Under the pieces are notes generated by a model. It was not told the origin of the DNA. It saw nothing but the letters and a program-made list of their open reading frames with translations, and searched no databases. Both the position numbers and the translations under genes were made by a program. DNA of 64,000 nucleotides from the human T2T-CHM13v2.0 reference genome, Homo sapiens: assembly GCF_009914755.1 (NCBI RefSeq), contig NC_060935.1; one strand, given 5' to 3'. This document shows positions 47,021 to 58,343 of the stretch, one piece after another (the stretch's first letter is position 1; each line of letters opens with the position of its first letter).

Positions 47021-47508
47021 GAGACAGAATGAGAGAAAGAAAGGCAGACAGAAAGGAATTAAGAAAACCTTATTCCCTCCTAGCAGCTCCATGATCAGAT
47101 AATGATTTTGTCTGTATACACTGAGCTTTTTAAGGACAAGATGAACTTTAAAATGTCAAAAGCAATCCTTCAAAAATATACAATTCAATCAATTGTATTT
47201 ACTCAATAAAAAAAAAACCCTAGTAATCAATTGAGTAAACATATGGCTGTCAGTTGCTAGTTTCATCAAAAAGCATACTGCATAGTCGTTGTAACATACT
47301 CATTTTGTGATTGTTAGCTATATTTGAATTATAAATGTTGAGTTTATTTTCAAGACTACGTAACATACAATTTAACATGTTGCTATTGCATAAATATGCT
47401 CCATTCATCTTTTGAGAATGTTTAAAGCAGCTGTATTTATTTTTAGAATTGAGTTAGTTTCAGCTTGGATATTGTGGGGATTGCTAAATCAACCTTTTAA
47501 AAAGTTTA

Positions 47509-47800
47509 GGCTGGACATGGTGGCTCATGCCTGTAATCCTAGCATTTTGGGAGGCCAAGACAGGTTGATCACTTGAGTCCTGGAGTTTGAGACCAGCCTG
47601 GGCAACATGGCAAATACCTGTCTCTACAAAAAATACAAAAATTAGCTGGGTGTGGTGATGGGTGCCTGTATTCCTAGCTACTCAGGAGGCTGAGGTGGGA
47701 GGATCACCTGAGCCCAGGAGGTCGAGGCTGCAGTAAGCCACTCCAGCCTTGGTGACAGACAGAGTAAGACCCTGTCAAGAAAAAGTTAATAAATAAAAAA
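47509..47800 (+). mobile_element. Alu (AluJ)
   Basis: Dimer with ggaggatcacctgagcccaggaggtcgaggctgcag. Confidence 0.92.
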
Positions 47801-49034
47801 TAAAATGTTTAGTACATTTAGCTACCTATTTTCTTGGATTGTAGATAAATGGAATCTTGCTTCAATGATCTAAGTTTGAGTGTTTTTGTTCTATTAAGTG
47901 ACAGTGCAAACAATGCTATCAACTTAATAAAATGGATTAAAATCCACAAAATATACTTTGAAACAAACTAAATTAGTACTTGTTAATCTTGCTTGGTATA
48001 TGATTGATAAATATTTAAATACCACATATTATTTACTTCCAGGAACCCTGTTTTAATATAAAGGATTACAGAAGGTCTATAAGTCAAATTTTATTTGAAT
48101 TTTATTACTTAGTTGATTTAGGATGGAGATGTGCTAAATATTATTTATTGCATGCTCTGACAAGTAGTTAATTCTAATTAATTTTTTATAATATTAGACA
48201 TTTTCCCCCTCTGGATTCAGTATGAATGTATCTCAAAAATGATTTCAGAGTATTAATATTGTAAATGTAGCAGTGATAGGGATAAAAATGTCAACATTTA
48301 AGCTCATAGCCTGAATCTGCTTTTAGGAATGATTTTATGCTAATAAAATTTACTTAATGTTGATTTATTTAATGGCAGTAACCATGGTAGGTTAAATTAC
48401 TTACTATGCTAAATAGATGAAAAAGCAACAGTGCCACCATAGACTCGTCAATGTGGCAACTAGTAGAATGAGGAGAAGGGATCCTTAATGAAGACTGTAA
48501 GCAGAATACATAGAGAAAATTAAGATAATGAGTAGTAGGTAAGAGAATAGCACTTTCCAAAATTATTTCTTGGCAGTTCTTTGACACTTTTAGACTATTA
48601 TTGAAAGTGATCTTTTTCTTTTAATTATTGAAAGTGATTTTTTTTCTCTTAATAAGCTGTTTGGAAACAAATGGGATTCCTTCAGTTTTTCTTAAGAAAC
48701 CCCAGAACTGTCATATATCACAGGCCTTGTTAAAGCATATATATAGAAATAAATACTAAGATATAATGTTCACTGATCTTGAGCACAAGATTTCGTTTTT
48801 CGTTTTACTGTGGTTTTGTGTTGTAATTTTCAAATTGAAAAAAATGCCCATTCACATTTTATTTTAAAACCATGATCTCTTCTGCTCTCTTTGTAGTGGT
48901 CGAGTAGTATTGCAGTTGTTCTGATCTCTTTGCATTGACTTACGGGATGCCATTTTTTCTACTTTCTTTTCTTACCATACTATTACTTAATGTGGTTTCC
49001 CTTTCACTGTTCTTAATTCTCATTTCCCACACCG

Positions 49035-49351
49035 TTTTTTTTTTGTTTTTTTTTTTGAGATGGAGTCTCACTCTGTCGCCCAGGCTGGAGGGCAGTGGCA
49101 CAATCTTGGCTCACTGCAACCTCCATCTCCGGGGTTCAAGCAATTCTCCTGCCTCAACCTCTTGAGTGGCTGTGGTTACAGGTGCACACCACCATATTCG
49201 GCTAATTTTTTTTTTTTTTTTTTGTATTTTTAGTAGAGGCGGGGTTTCACCGTGTTGGCCAGACTGGTCTCAAACTCCTTACCTCAAATGCTCCACCTGC
49301 GTTGGCCCCCCAGAGTGCTGGGATTACAGATGGGAGCCACCGCGCCTGGCC
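49035..49351 (-). mobile_element. Alu (AluS)
   Basis: Antisense dimer, expanded middle T tract, cacaccg flanking repeat. Confidence 0.93.
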
Positions 49352-49558
49352 CACACACCGCTTTAAATGTTGAGGAACTCCAGAATTCCCTTCCTGTGTA
49401 TTTGCTGACTTAATACATTTGACCGTTTATAAAATAAAAGCATTTCAAAATAGTTTTTAAAACAGAATAGAACAAAAGGTTTAAATAAGTTTCAAAGCGT
49501 TTTATATATCAGTGATCTGTGTTACTATTCGGTAAATATTATGACATTTTTCTTTTAG

Positions 49559-49768
49559 AATTCAAACCTAATACATCAGAAAGTGCCTCCTCCTAACGAT
49601 CGACAAGGATCTCCAATACTGTCATTCATCATTCTTGAACAATTTAATGCTATTCGTTTAGTACAAAGTGTCCACCAGTCTCTTGCTGCTCTCAGCAAAG
49701 TCATCAGAGGAACTACTTTACTGAGTTCAGAAGTACAAAAATTGGCAAGTGCTTTATTAAACCAAAAG
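49559..49768 (+). CDS. DYNC2H1: DYNC2H1 internal coding exon (210 nt, NSNLIHQKVPPPNDRQGSPILSF...EVQKLASALLNQK)
   Basis: tttttcttttag acceptor; AAG|GTAAGC donor; 70 codons, phase 0/0; continues the previous exon in frame. Confidence 0.95.
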
Positions 49769-50959
49769 GTAAGCGAGTACTAACTGTATGTATTTTTATT
49801 TCATTGTTATAAGTGACTCCTCCATCACACATATATTTGTCAGGAATCATATAGTTAATAGCAGAAGACCCGAGTCACACTGGCTTAAGCCATATAAAAA
49901 TTAATTGACTGATGTAACTGAAGAATCCAATGGTATCTAGCATTATGCCAGCTTGATGTAGGAACTTAAATTGTCATTAGCATGTCAGTTTATGTTAGCT
50001 ATCTAGTGTTACATATATAATGAAATTTATGTTGATTTCACTTTGGGGCAGGTCCCCTATACATGAGCTTGAGTTTTATATTCCAAGCTCCAAGTCCAAC
50101 AGAAAGAACACGTGTTTTCTAGTAACACACACAAAAATCTTAGGATTTGCTTTGATTAAAACCAGTTGGCTCATGCGTTATGCCTATTCCCATACTAGTT
50201 CAGTGGGCAGTGTGTGCAAAGCTCTCACTGACCAGAGCTTCAGCCAAATGCCTCTTCCTGGAGCTGGGGATGGATTTATCTTTGCCTTTAACACATATAC
50301 TGAGAGTAAGGAAATGATGATTACCAGTGAAAAGTCTAGATAGTTTTAGAAGAAGGGGAAATCAACACTTCTTGTGCTGAAAAATTGGACCATTTTAAAT
50401 GATAATAAAATCCATGTATTTTATATCTATTTGATAGAAACAAAAATATGGGATGTTCTGCACAGATTTATTTTAGCTGTTTGGAGAATAGAAACTTTGC
50501 AGAAGTTGGTATCTGGAAAATATTTCAGTGGAGTGCTATAGGAATTAAGTTTTCTTTTTTTTTTTCACGCCCCCTTGCTGTTTGTACTCAATATAGGGAA
50601 ACCTCTGATAGTCAACCTAACAGTCCTCTCTGTTTGAATATAAAATAATAGCCTTCCTAGAACTTCCTACATTCACATATACTAGCATTAAAATATCCAG
50701 TGCTTTTCTACATATACAGAAAGGTCTACTCTGGCATCCTTGTCTTCTTTTTTATTTTACCTTGAAAAAGAATCTGTTTTGCATTGTTTTTTCTTTGTAC
50801 ATACATTGCCGTCTCTGTTAATCAACCATGATTATCAAAATACTATAGTTTTGATTTGTACCACAGATTGTAACTAAGTTGTTTTTAATTTGGAGTAGAT
50901 ATATTGTCAGTCATGAAAGATTCTTGGCACAGTGAAGGAACCAGTTGGAAAGGATTCTA

Positions 50960-51125
50960 AACTTTCTAAAAACTTTATTTAATTAACTCGTTTAATCATC
51001 ACAGTAACATCTTGAGTGACATACTGTTGTCTCCATTTTACTGTGATGAATTTGAGGCAGTGGGGTGTTACATAACCAGAATCACACAGCAAAGAGTTCC
51101 AGAACCAGGATTTGAATCTGGGTAT
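50960..51125 (-). mobile_element. MIR
   Basis: ctccattttact...tgaggcag...cacacagc...gaaccaggatttgaatc. Confidence 0.7.
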
Positions 51126-51429
51126 GTCCTGTTGTCATAATAAATGTAAATGCTTCAAATTTATGTATCAAAATATAAATGCTCTTGAGAGTATATTTCT
51201 TTATCCAACTATATGCCGTACAGAGTAAAATGTATCATTAAGACAAATTGCTGTTGAATTAGAAGAGAATAATAATATAGGAAGATGACATGTAGAAGAG
51301 AAGAGTAAGTCTAGTAGGACGGGTACACAATGAAGTATAATTAGGATTGGATCAGATTTTGAGGTCTCTAAAGCCAAAGAAAGGAACTTGGATTAAATGC
51401 TGTAGGCAATAATGATATTTATATGTAGA

Positions 51430-51665
51430 AATAATAGAGCAAAATGGCTAAGAATGTGACCGCTGGAATATGTCTGCCTGTTTGAGTTCTATTCTACCAC
51501 ATAGCAACTGTGTAACCTTGGGTAGGTTAATTAAGCATCTCTAAACTTCGCTTTTCTCATTTGTAAAATGAGGGTAGTAATAGTACCTACCTCATGGGAT
51601 TATTACGAGAATTAAAACATCATTAAAGTGCTTGGCACATAGCAAGCACCCTACAAATGCTGTTC
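51430..51665 (+). mobile_element. MIR
   Basis: ctgtgtaaccttgggtaggtta...tttctcatttgtaaaatgagggtagtaatagtacctacctcat. Confidence 0.85.
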
Positions 51666-51910
51666 TTGTTATTGTTATTTTAGGATAATTTTATTATGAA
51701 AAGCTCTTCAAGCATTTATCTGGTATCATTGTACAAAATAAGTTTATAGAAATAGGAATACCATGTAGGTTACTGTAATTCTCATCTCAGGAAGAGGTAG
51801 TTAAGTTAGGGCCTGGAATAAGATATTTCAAGATGGTTCTATGTGATATTAATAAAAAATGTAAGAGGTAATTGGTAACCCATCAGAGACAGTGAAGAGG
51901 TAAGAGGTAA

Positions 51911-52483
51911 CCCATCAGAGATAATGAAGGAGGTTTCAAAATATTCTGAGATTTATAGGAGGGTGAAGTAAATACCTAAAGTAATAATGTTGGATAGTGC
52001 TTGAATTATCTGTTTTTGACTACCTTCTATTAGTCTGTGGTGAGCTCAAGTAATTGAAACCCCTGATGCAAGTAATACAGATGTATTCAGGAGGGAGACT
52101 TCTAAGGGGTTGAGGGGAAAAATGCCTGTTGAGGGTCAACGTCCCCCTAATTCTGGTGTAGGAGCTAGACTAGAGTGGTAAAATGCCCTGAAGAAACCAG
52201 CAAAAAAGAATACTTCTGAGATAATAAATAGGATTATTCCATATTGGAGGCCTTTTTGGACAATTGTTGTACGGTGGCCTTGAAATGTGCTTTCTTGGAT
52301 AATATCACGTCATCATTGGTATACAGTTAGTGTATTGGTTAGCAAGCCTAGGGTTAAAAGAGTCATAGAGTTGAAGTGAAATCACATGGCCAGGCCAGAT
52401 GTTATTAGAAGAGCTGAGAGAGCCCCTGTTAATGGTCAGGGACTGGGGTTGACTATATGGTAGGCATGTGTTTGGTGGGTCGT
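51911..52483 (-). pseudogene. MT-CO3: NUMT COX3 pseudogene, 3'-truncated
   Basis: ACG ACC CAC CAA ACA CAT GCC (mutated start); ends at ...TFIISDG-like segment. Confidence 0.92.
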
Positions 52484-53157
52484 GGTGTTGTCATGTAGAT
52501 AGAGGCTTACTAGTAGTGCAAAGACATAAGCCTGAATAAGGGCTATGGCGAATTTGAGAATGGTTAGTAGGATTAAAATAATGAAAGCAATTGAAGCTGT
52601 GGGAAGACTAATAGTTGATAGTACTAGTGTGGCTCCTCTGATTAAGTGTATTAGTAGGTGGCCAGCTGTAATGTTGGCTGTTAATCACTCAACTAGTGCT
52701 ATTGGTTGGATGAATAGGCTAATAGTCTCAATGATTACCAATACAGGAATAAGTGGTATGGGTCTGCCTTGTGGTAAAAAAGTGGGCTAAGGAGATTTTC
52801 ATTTTAAACTGGAAGCCTGTAATGACTGTGCATGTTCACAAGGGGATTGCTATACCTAGATTTATTGATAATTGGGTAGTTGGTATAAATGAGTAGGGTA
52901 GAAGCCCGAGGAGATTGGTCGAGGCAATGAAGAAAATTAGGGATATCAGTATTAGGGATCAGGTTTGTCCTTTAATGTTATGGGTAATTATTATTTTAGT
53001 AAAGTTGAACTATTCATTGTTGAATGGAGATCAGTAGATGACTAATTAGATGATTGGAGGTTAGAAATAGTATGGTGGGAAATAAAATGGTTAATACTAC
53101 TGCGGGTAGACCTAGAAATGTTGGGGTAATAAAAGAGGTGAATAAATTTTCATTCAT
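52484..53157 (-). pseudogene. MT-ATP6: NUMT ATP6 pseudogene
   Basis: [22 protein letters not shown]...; 46-nt overlap with ATP8. Confidence 0.93.
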
Positions 53158-53318
53158 TTTAATTCTCAAGAGGTTAAATGTTCTTGTATTTTGATTATTT
53201 TTTGTGTAGGGGGTGTGTAATAAATGAAATTTGGTAGTTTTAACTGAATAATGTAGAATAAAGTTATGATTATTGACAAGATAACAATAGATCATGTGGA
53301 AATATCTAGTCGAGGCAT
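53112..53318 (-). pseudogene. MT-ATP8: NUMT ATP8 pseudogene
   Basis: MPRLDISTW...[15 protein letters not shown] in mitochondrial code, 207 nt. Confidence 0.92.
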
Positions 53319-53386
53319 TCACTGCAGAGAGGTGTAGACCCCTCAGTCTTTAACTTAAAAGGTTAAAGCTAAGTAGCTTTACAGTG
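53319..53386 (-). tRNA. MT-TK: NUMT tRNA-Lys pseudogene
   Basis: cactgtaaagct...aaccttttaagtta...cagtga. Confidence 0.88.
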
Positions 53387-53389
53387 ATA

Positions 53390-54063
53390 TTATAGTGTGG
53401 TTGTGGATCAGGTTTCGAAATTTTTTAAGGGAATTGATTCTAGGACAATAGGTATAAAACCGTGGTTAGACCCACACATTTTTGAGCACTGTCCGTAGTA
53501 AAGGCCTGGTCATGTAGCAGTCAAGGTAGTTTAAGCATTCAGGAATTGCATCTGTTTTGATGCCTAATGAGGGAATAGTTCATGAGTGTAGGACGTCTTC
53601 GGATGAGACTAATATACAGATGGGTATCTCTATTGGGAGAACTGTTCAGTTATCAACTTCAAAGAGTTGAAGCTCTCCTGGCTTTAAGTCTGCTGTTGGG
53701 GTTATATAAGAATCAAAGCCTAACTCTTCATGTTCTGTATACTCATAGCTTCAATATCATTGGTGACCAGTTGTTTTGATGGTAATAGAAGGGTTGTGAA
53801 CCTCATCTGTTATAGAATACGTAGGGATGGGAGGGCAATTAAAATTAAGATAATGGCAGGTGAGATAGTTCAGACAGTCTCGATTTCTTGGGCATCTATG
53901 CTGTTAGTATGAATTAATTTGTTGTGAGTATTAGGGAAATAATATATAGGACCAGGGAACTAATTAGGAAAATAATTATAAGAGTATGGTCATGGAAAGT
54001 GAGTAATTCTTCCATAATAGGGGATGTAGCACCTTGAAAGCCTAACTGAACTGCATGAGCCAT
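53390..54063 (-). pseudogene. MT-CO2: NUMT COX2 pseudogene
   Basis: [26 protein letters not shown]...; ends ETWSTTTL-TAA; frameshifts. Confidence 0.94.
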
Positions 54064-54131
54064 TAAGACATACAGGGTTTAACCTATAACTTAACTTTGA
54101 CAAAGTTATGTAATGATTTTACTAGTATCTT
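54064..54131 (-). tRNA. MT-TD: NUMT tRNA-Asp pseudogene
   Basis: ataactttgtcaaagtta anticodon arm (GTC). Confidence 0.88.
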
Positions 54132-54134
54132 ATC

Positions 54135-54202
54135 AAGAAATTCATAGAGGTTATGGGATTGGCTAGAAACCAGTTTCAGGAGGTTCGATTCCTTCCTTTT
54201 TG
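54135..54202 (+). tRNA. MT-TS1: NUMT tRNA-Ser(UCN) pseudogene (anticodon mutated TGA>AGA)
   Basis: ttggctagaaaccag...ggttcgattccttcctttttg. Confidence 0.85.
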
Positions 54203-54204
54203 GC

Positions 54205-55732
<1,528 letters not shown>

Positions 55733-55744
55733 AAGTGAAAAAAA

Positions 55745-55810
55745 GGTAAAATGGCTGAGTAAGCATTAGACTATAAATCTAAAGACAGAGGTCAAGGCCT
55801 CTTTTTACCA
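55745..55810 (+). tRNA. MT-TY: NUMT tRNA-Tyr pseudogene (anticodon GTA>ATA)
   Basis: ggtaaaatggctgagtaagcattagactataaatcta...ctttttacca. Confidence 0.88.
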
Positions 55811-55865
55811 GCCCTGAGGTGATTTCTCATGTTGAATTGCGAATTCAAAGGGGCAGCTTCAATCC
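55810..55865 (+). tRNA. MT-TC: NUMT tRNA-Cys pseudogene (anticodon GCA>GCG; 3' end deleted)
   Basis: agccctgaggtgat...ttgaattgcgaattcaaag...gcagcttcaa. Confidence 0.82.
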
Positions 55866-55892
55866 GCCTTTCCCCGACAAGGGCAGGAGAAG
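55864..55892. other. Remnant of the mitochondrial light-strand origin (OL), one stem arm partly deleted
   Basis: ccgcc-tttccccgacaag-ggcaggagaag between tRNA-Cys and tRNA-Asn. Confidence 0.7.
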
Positions 55893-55965
55893 TAGATTGA
55901 AGCCAGTTGATTAGGATGTTTAGCTGTTAACTAAATTATCCTGGGTTTGAATTCCACCAATCTAG
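55893..55965 (+). tRNA. MT-TN: NUMT tRNA-Asn (anticodon GTT intact)
   Basis: tagattgaagccagttgattagg...ttagctgttaactaa...caatctag. Confidence 0.9.
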
Positions 55966-55966
55966 C

Positions 55967-56033
55967 AAGGGCTTAGGTTAATTAAAGTGATTGATTTGCA
56001 TTCAATTGATGCAGAATAGTCTTGCAGTCCTTA
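55967..56033 (+). tRNA. MT-TA: NUMT tRNA-Ala (anticodon TGC intact)
   Basis: aagggcttaggttaattaaagtgattgatttgcattcaattgatgcag...gcagtcctta. Confidence 0.9.
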
Positions 56034-56042
56034 GATCTGTTA

Positions 56043-56110
56043 CAGAAATTAAGTGTAATTTACTTACTAAGGGCTTTGAAGGCTCTTGGTCTTATTTAAC
56101 CTAAATTTCT
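56043..56110 (-). tRNA. MT-TW: NUMT tRNA-Trp pseudogene
   Basis: agaaatttaggttaaataagaccaagagccttcaaagccct. Confidence 0.9.
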
Positions 56111-57137
56111 AAGTTATGATTAGTATTATTGGAGAGATGGGTAAAAGGAGGGGTAGAAGAAATAAGTGAGAGGAGGAGGAGTATGAGTTTTGTGCTTTCG
56201 AATTGTCATTTTATTTTCATATTATTAGATGTGGGGAATATTGTTACTGAGATAGAATAAATTAGGCGTATATAAAAGTACAGGTAGAGTAGGGTTATGA
56301 TAGCTATAATAGTTGGGGTAATAAGACTTGTTTTTTGTAAATTCTTGAATGATGGCTCATTTGGGCAGAAATCCTGTTAGTGGAGGTAAATCTCCTAGGG
56401 ATAATAGAATTAGTGGGATTATAGGTGTTAACCATGTTAGTTTGTTTCAGGCATGAAATAGTGACAGGGTTGTAGTGCTTATACTCAGGTTGAGTGAGTG
56501 CTAGGAATGCGGCGATTGTTAAAGCAAATAATCAGGTTTAGAATAGTAATGCTTGGGTTATAAATTAGTACTGCTATCATTCAACCTATATGATTAATTG
56601 AGGAGTAGGCTAGGATTTTGTGTAGCTGTGTTTGATTAAGTCCTCCTCAACCACCCACCATAATGGATAAAATTGTGATAGCATATTTGTGTGTTTATTG
56701 ATGGGAAAATTTGAAATATAATTAAGATAGGGGCTAGTTTTTGTCATGTGAGGAGAAGTATGCCAGACATTAGAGAGCTTCCTTGGGTCACTTTTGGGAC
56801 TCAGAAATGAAAGAGGACTCTTTCTAGTTTTATTACTAGGGCTATTATTAAGGATGAAAATCGATTAATAGTATTTATTGTTCATTGTCCAGAGTACAGG
56901 TTATTGGAAAGGATACCTATCATACGAATTATAGATGTGGTTGCTTGTGTAAGGAAGTATTTGGTGGCTGCTTCTCCAGGGCCGGGATTTATTTTTTTTT
57001 TTAATTAAGATTGGAGTAAGAGCTAATATGTTTATTTCTAGGCCTGTCCAGATGAGAAATTAGTATGAGCCTAGTATTGTGATAAGAGTTCCTGTGAAAA
57101 TAGTTAAATAAATAATAAGTTGGGCTGGTGGATTAAT
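56111..57137 (-). pseudogene. MT-ND2: NUMT ND2 pseudogene
   Basis: ATT AAT CCA start after tRNA-Met; [12 protein letters not shown] and AYSSINHMG motifs; indels. Confidence 0.92.
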
Positions 57138-57205
57138 TAGTACAGGAAGGAGATAACCAGCATTTTCAGGGTATGGGCCTGATAGCTTATTTATCTGACC
57201 TTACT
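57138..57205 (-). tRNA. MT-TM: NUMT tRNA-Met pseudogene
   Basis: agtaaggtcagataaataagctatcaggcccataccctgaaaatg. Confidence 0.9.
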
Positions 57206-57206
57206 T

Positions 57207-57278
57207 TAGGACATCGCGTAATAGGTAGCACAGACAATTTTGGATTCTCACGGGTAGGTTCAATTCCTATAGTTCTAG
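57207..57278 (+). tRNA. MT-TQ: NUMT tRNA-Gln (anticodon TTG intact)
   Basis: tagga...gcacagacaattttggattctc...ggttcaattcctatagttctag. Confidence 0.88.
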
Positions 57279-57337
57279 AAATAAGAGGATTTAAACCTTG
57301 TTTACTCTATCAAAGTCATTCTTTTATCAGACATATT
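57276..57337 (-). tRNA. MT-TI: NUMT tRNA-Ile pseudogene
   Basis: aatatgtctgataaaagaatgactttgatagagtaaa. Confidence 0.87.
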
Positions 57338-58272
57338 TATGTTTGGGGTAGAATGCTGGAAATTAGAATAGGCATTGAGACATATGCAGAATGCTAGCGT
57401 AAGTGGTAGAAAATTTTTTCATAGAAGATATGAATTGTTCGTAGCAGAAATGGGGGTATGCTGTTGGAATTCGTAAAAACAGGTAGTTACAAGGAGTGTC
57501 TTGATAATGAAATTTGTGGTATAGAGTACTGGTGAATGTATGGTGTGTAGTGCTCCTAGAAAAATAGTAGTTAGGGCATTTATTACGATAATATTCATAT
57601 ATTATGCTATAAAGAAGAGGGCAAATGAACCTGCAGCATATTTGATGTTGAAGCCTGAGGCTCTGATTCTCCTTCTGTTAGCTCAAAAGGGCCCCAGTTA
57701 GTTTCTGTTAGTGTGGAGATAAATCAGATTATGGCTAGGGGCCATGATGGTAGGAGTAGTCAGAGGAATTCTTGCTTTGTGATGAGTGCATATAAGTTAA
57801 ATGAGCCACTTATCAGAACTGATAATAGGATAATGGTTAGGGTGACTTCATATGAAATTTGTCTGGGCTACAGCTCATAATGCACTGATTCGTACATAAT
57901 TTGAATTAGATGCTCATCCTGATCATAGAATAGATGGCTAGGCTTGATGTGGCTAGTATAAATAGGAGGCCTTTATTTAAAATTAATAAGAGGATCCGGT
58001 ATAGGGAGGTGAGTTCACAAGAGGAGAGCGATAGAAAGGGCCAGGGTTGGAACAGTAATATAAAGGGTAACGGTAGATGTTGAGGGTCATAAGGGTTCTT
58101 TGGTGAAAAGTTTTATTGCATCAGCAAATGGTTGAAGCAGTCCGTAGGAGCCTACAGTGTTAGATCCTTTGCGTAGTTGTATATAGCCTAAGATTTTTTG
58201 TTCAATGAATGTAAGGAATGCTATAGCAATTATAGTGGGAATAATAAATAGGAGGTGGTTAATTACAGGCAT
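57338..58272 (-). pseudogene. MT-ND1: NUMT ND1 pseudogene
   Basis: MPVINHLL...[11 protein letters not shown]...[19 protein letters not shown]. Confidence 0.95.
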
Positions 58273-58274
58273 AT

Positions 58275-58343
58275 TGTTAAGAAGAGGAGTTGAACCTCTG
58301 ATTTATAAAGTTTTATGCAATTACCGGGCTCTACCATCTTAAA
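58275..58343 (-). tRNA. MT-TL1: NUMT tRNA-Leu(UUR) pseudogene (7-nt deletion in anticodon arm)
   Basis: ttaagatggtagagcccggtaattgcataaaacttt...gaggttcaactcctcttcttaaca. Confidence 0.88.

Noticed and set aside
48597-48650. Short local tandem duplications (also 850-900, 3710-3755, 4126-4156, 11646-11685)
   Set aside because: Ordinary slippage duplications with no periodic array or spacer structure; not CRISPR-like.
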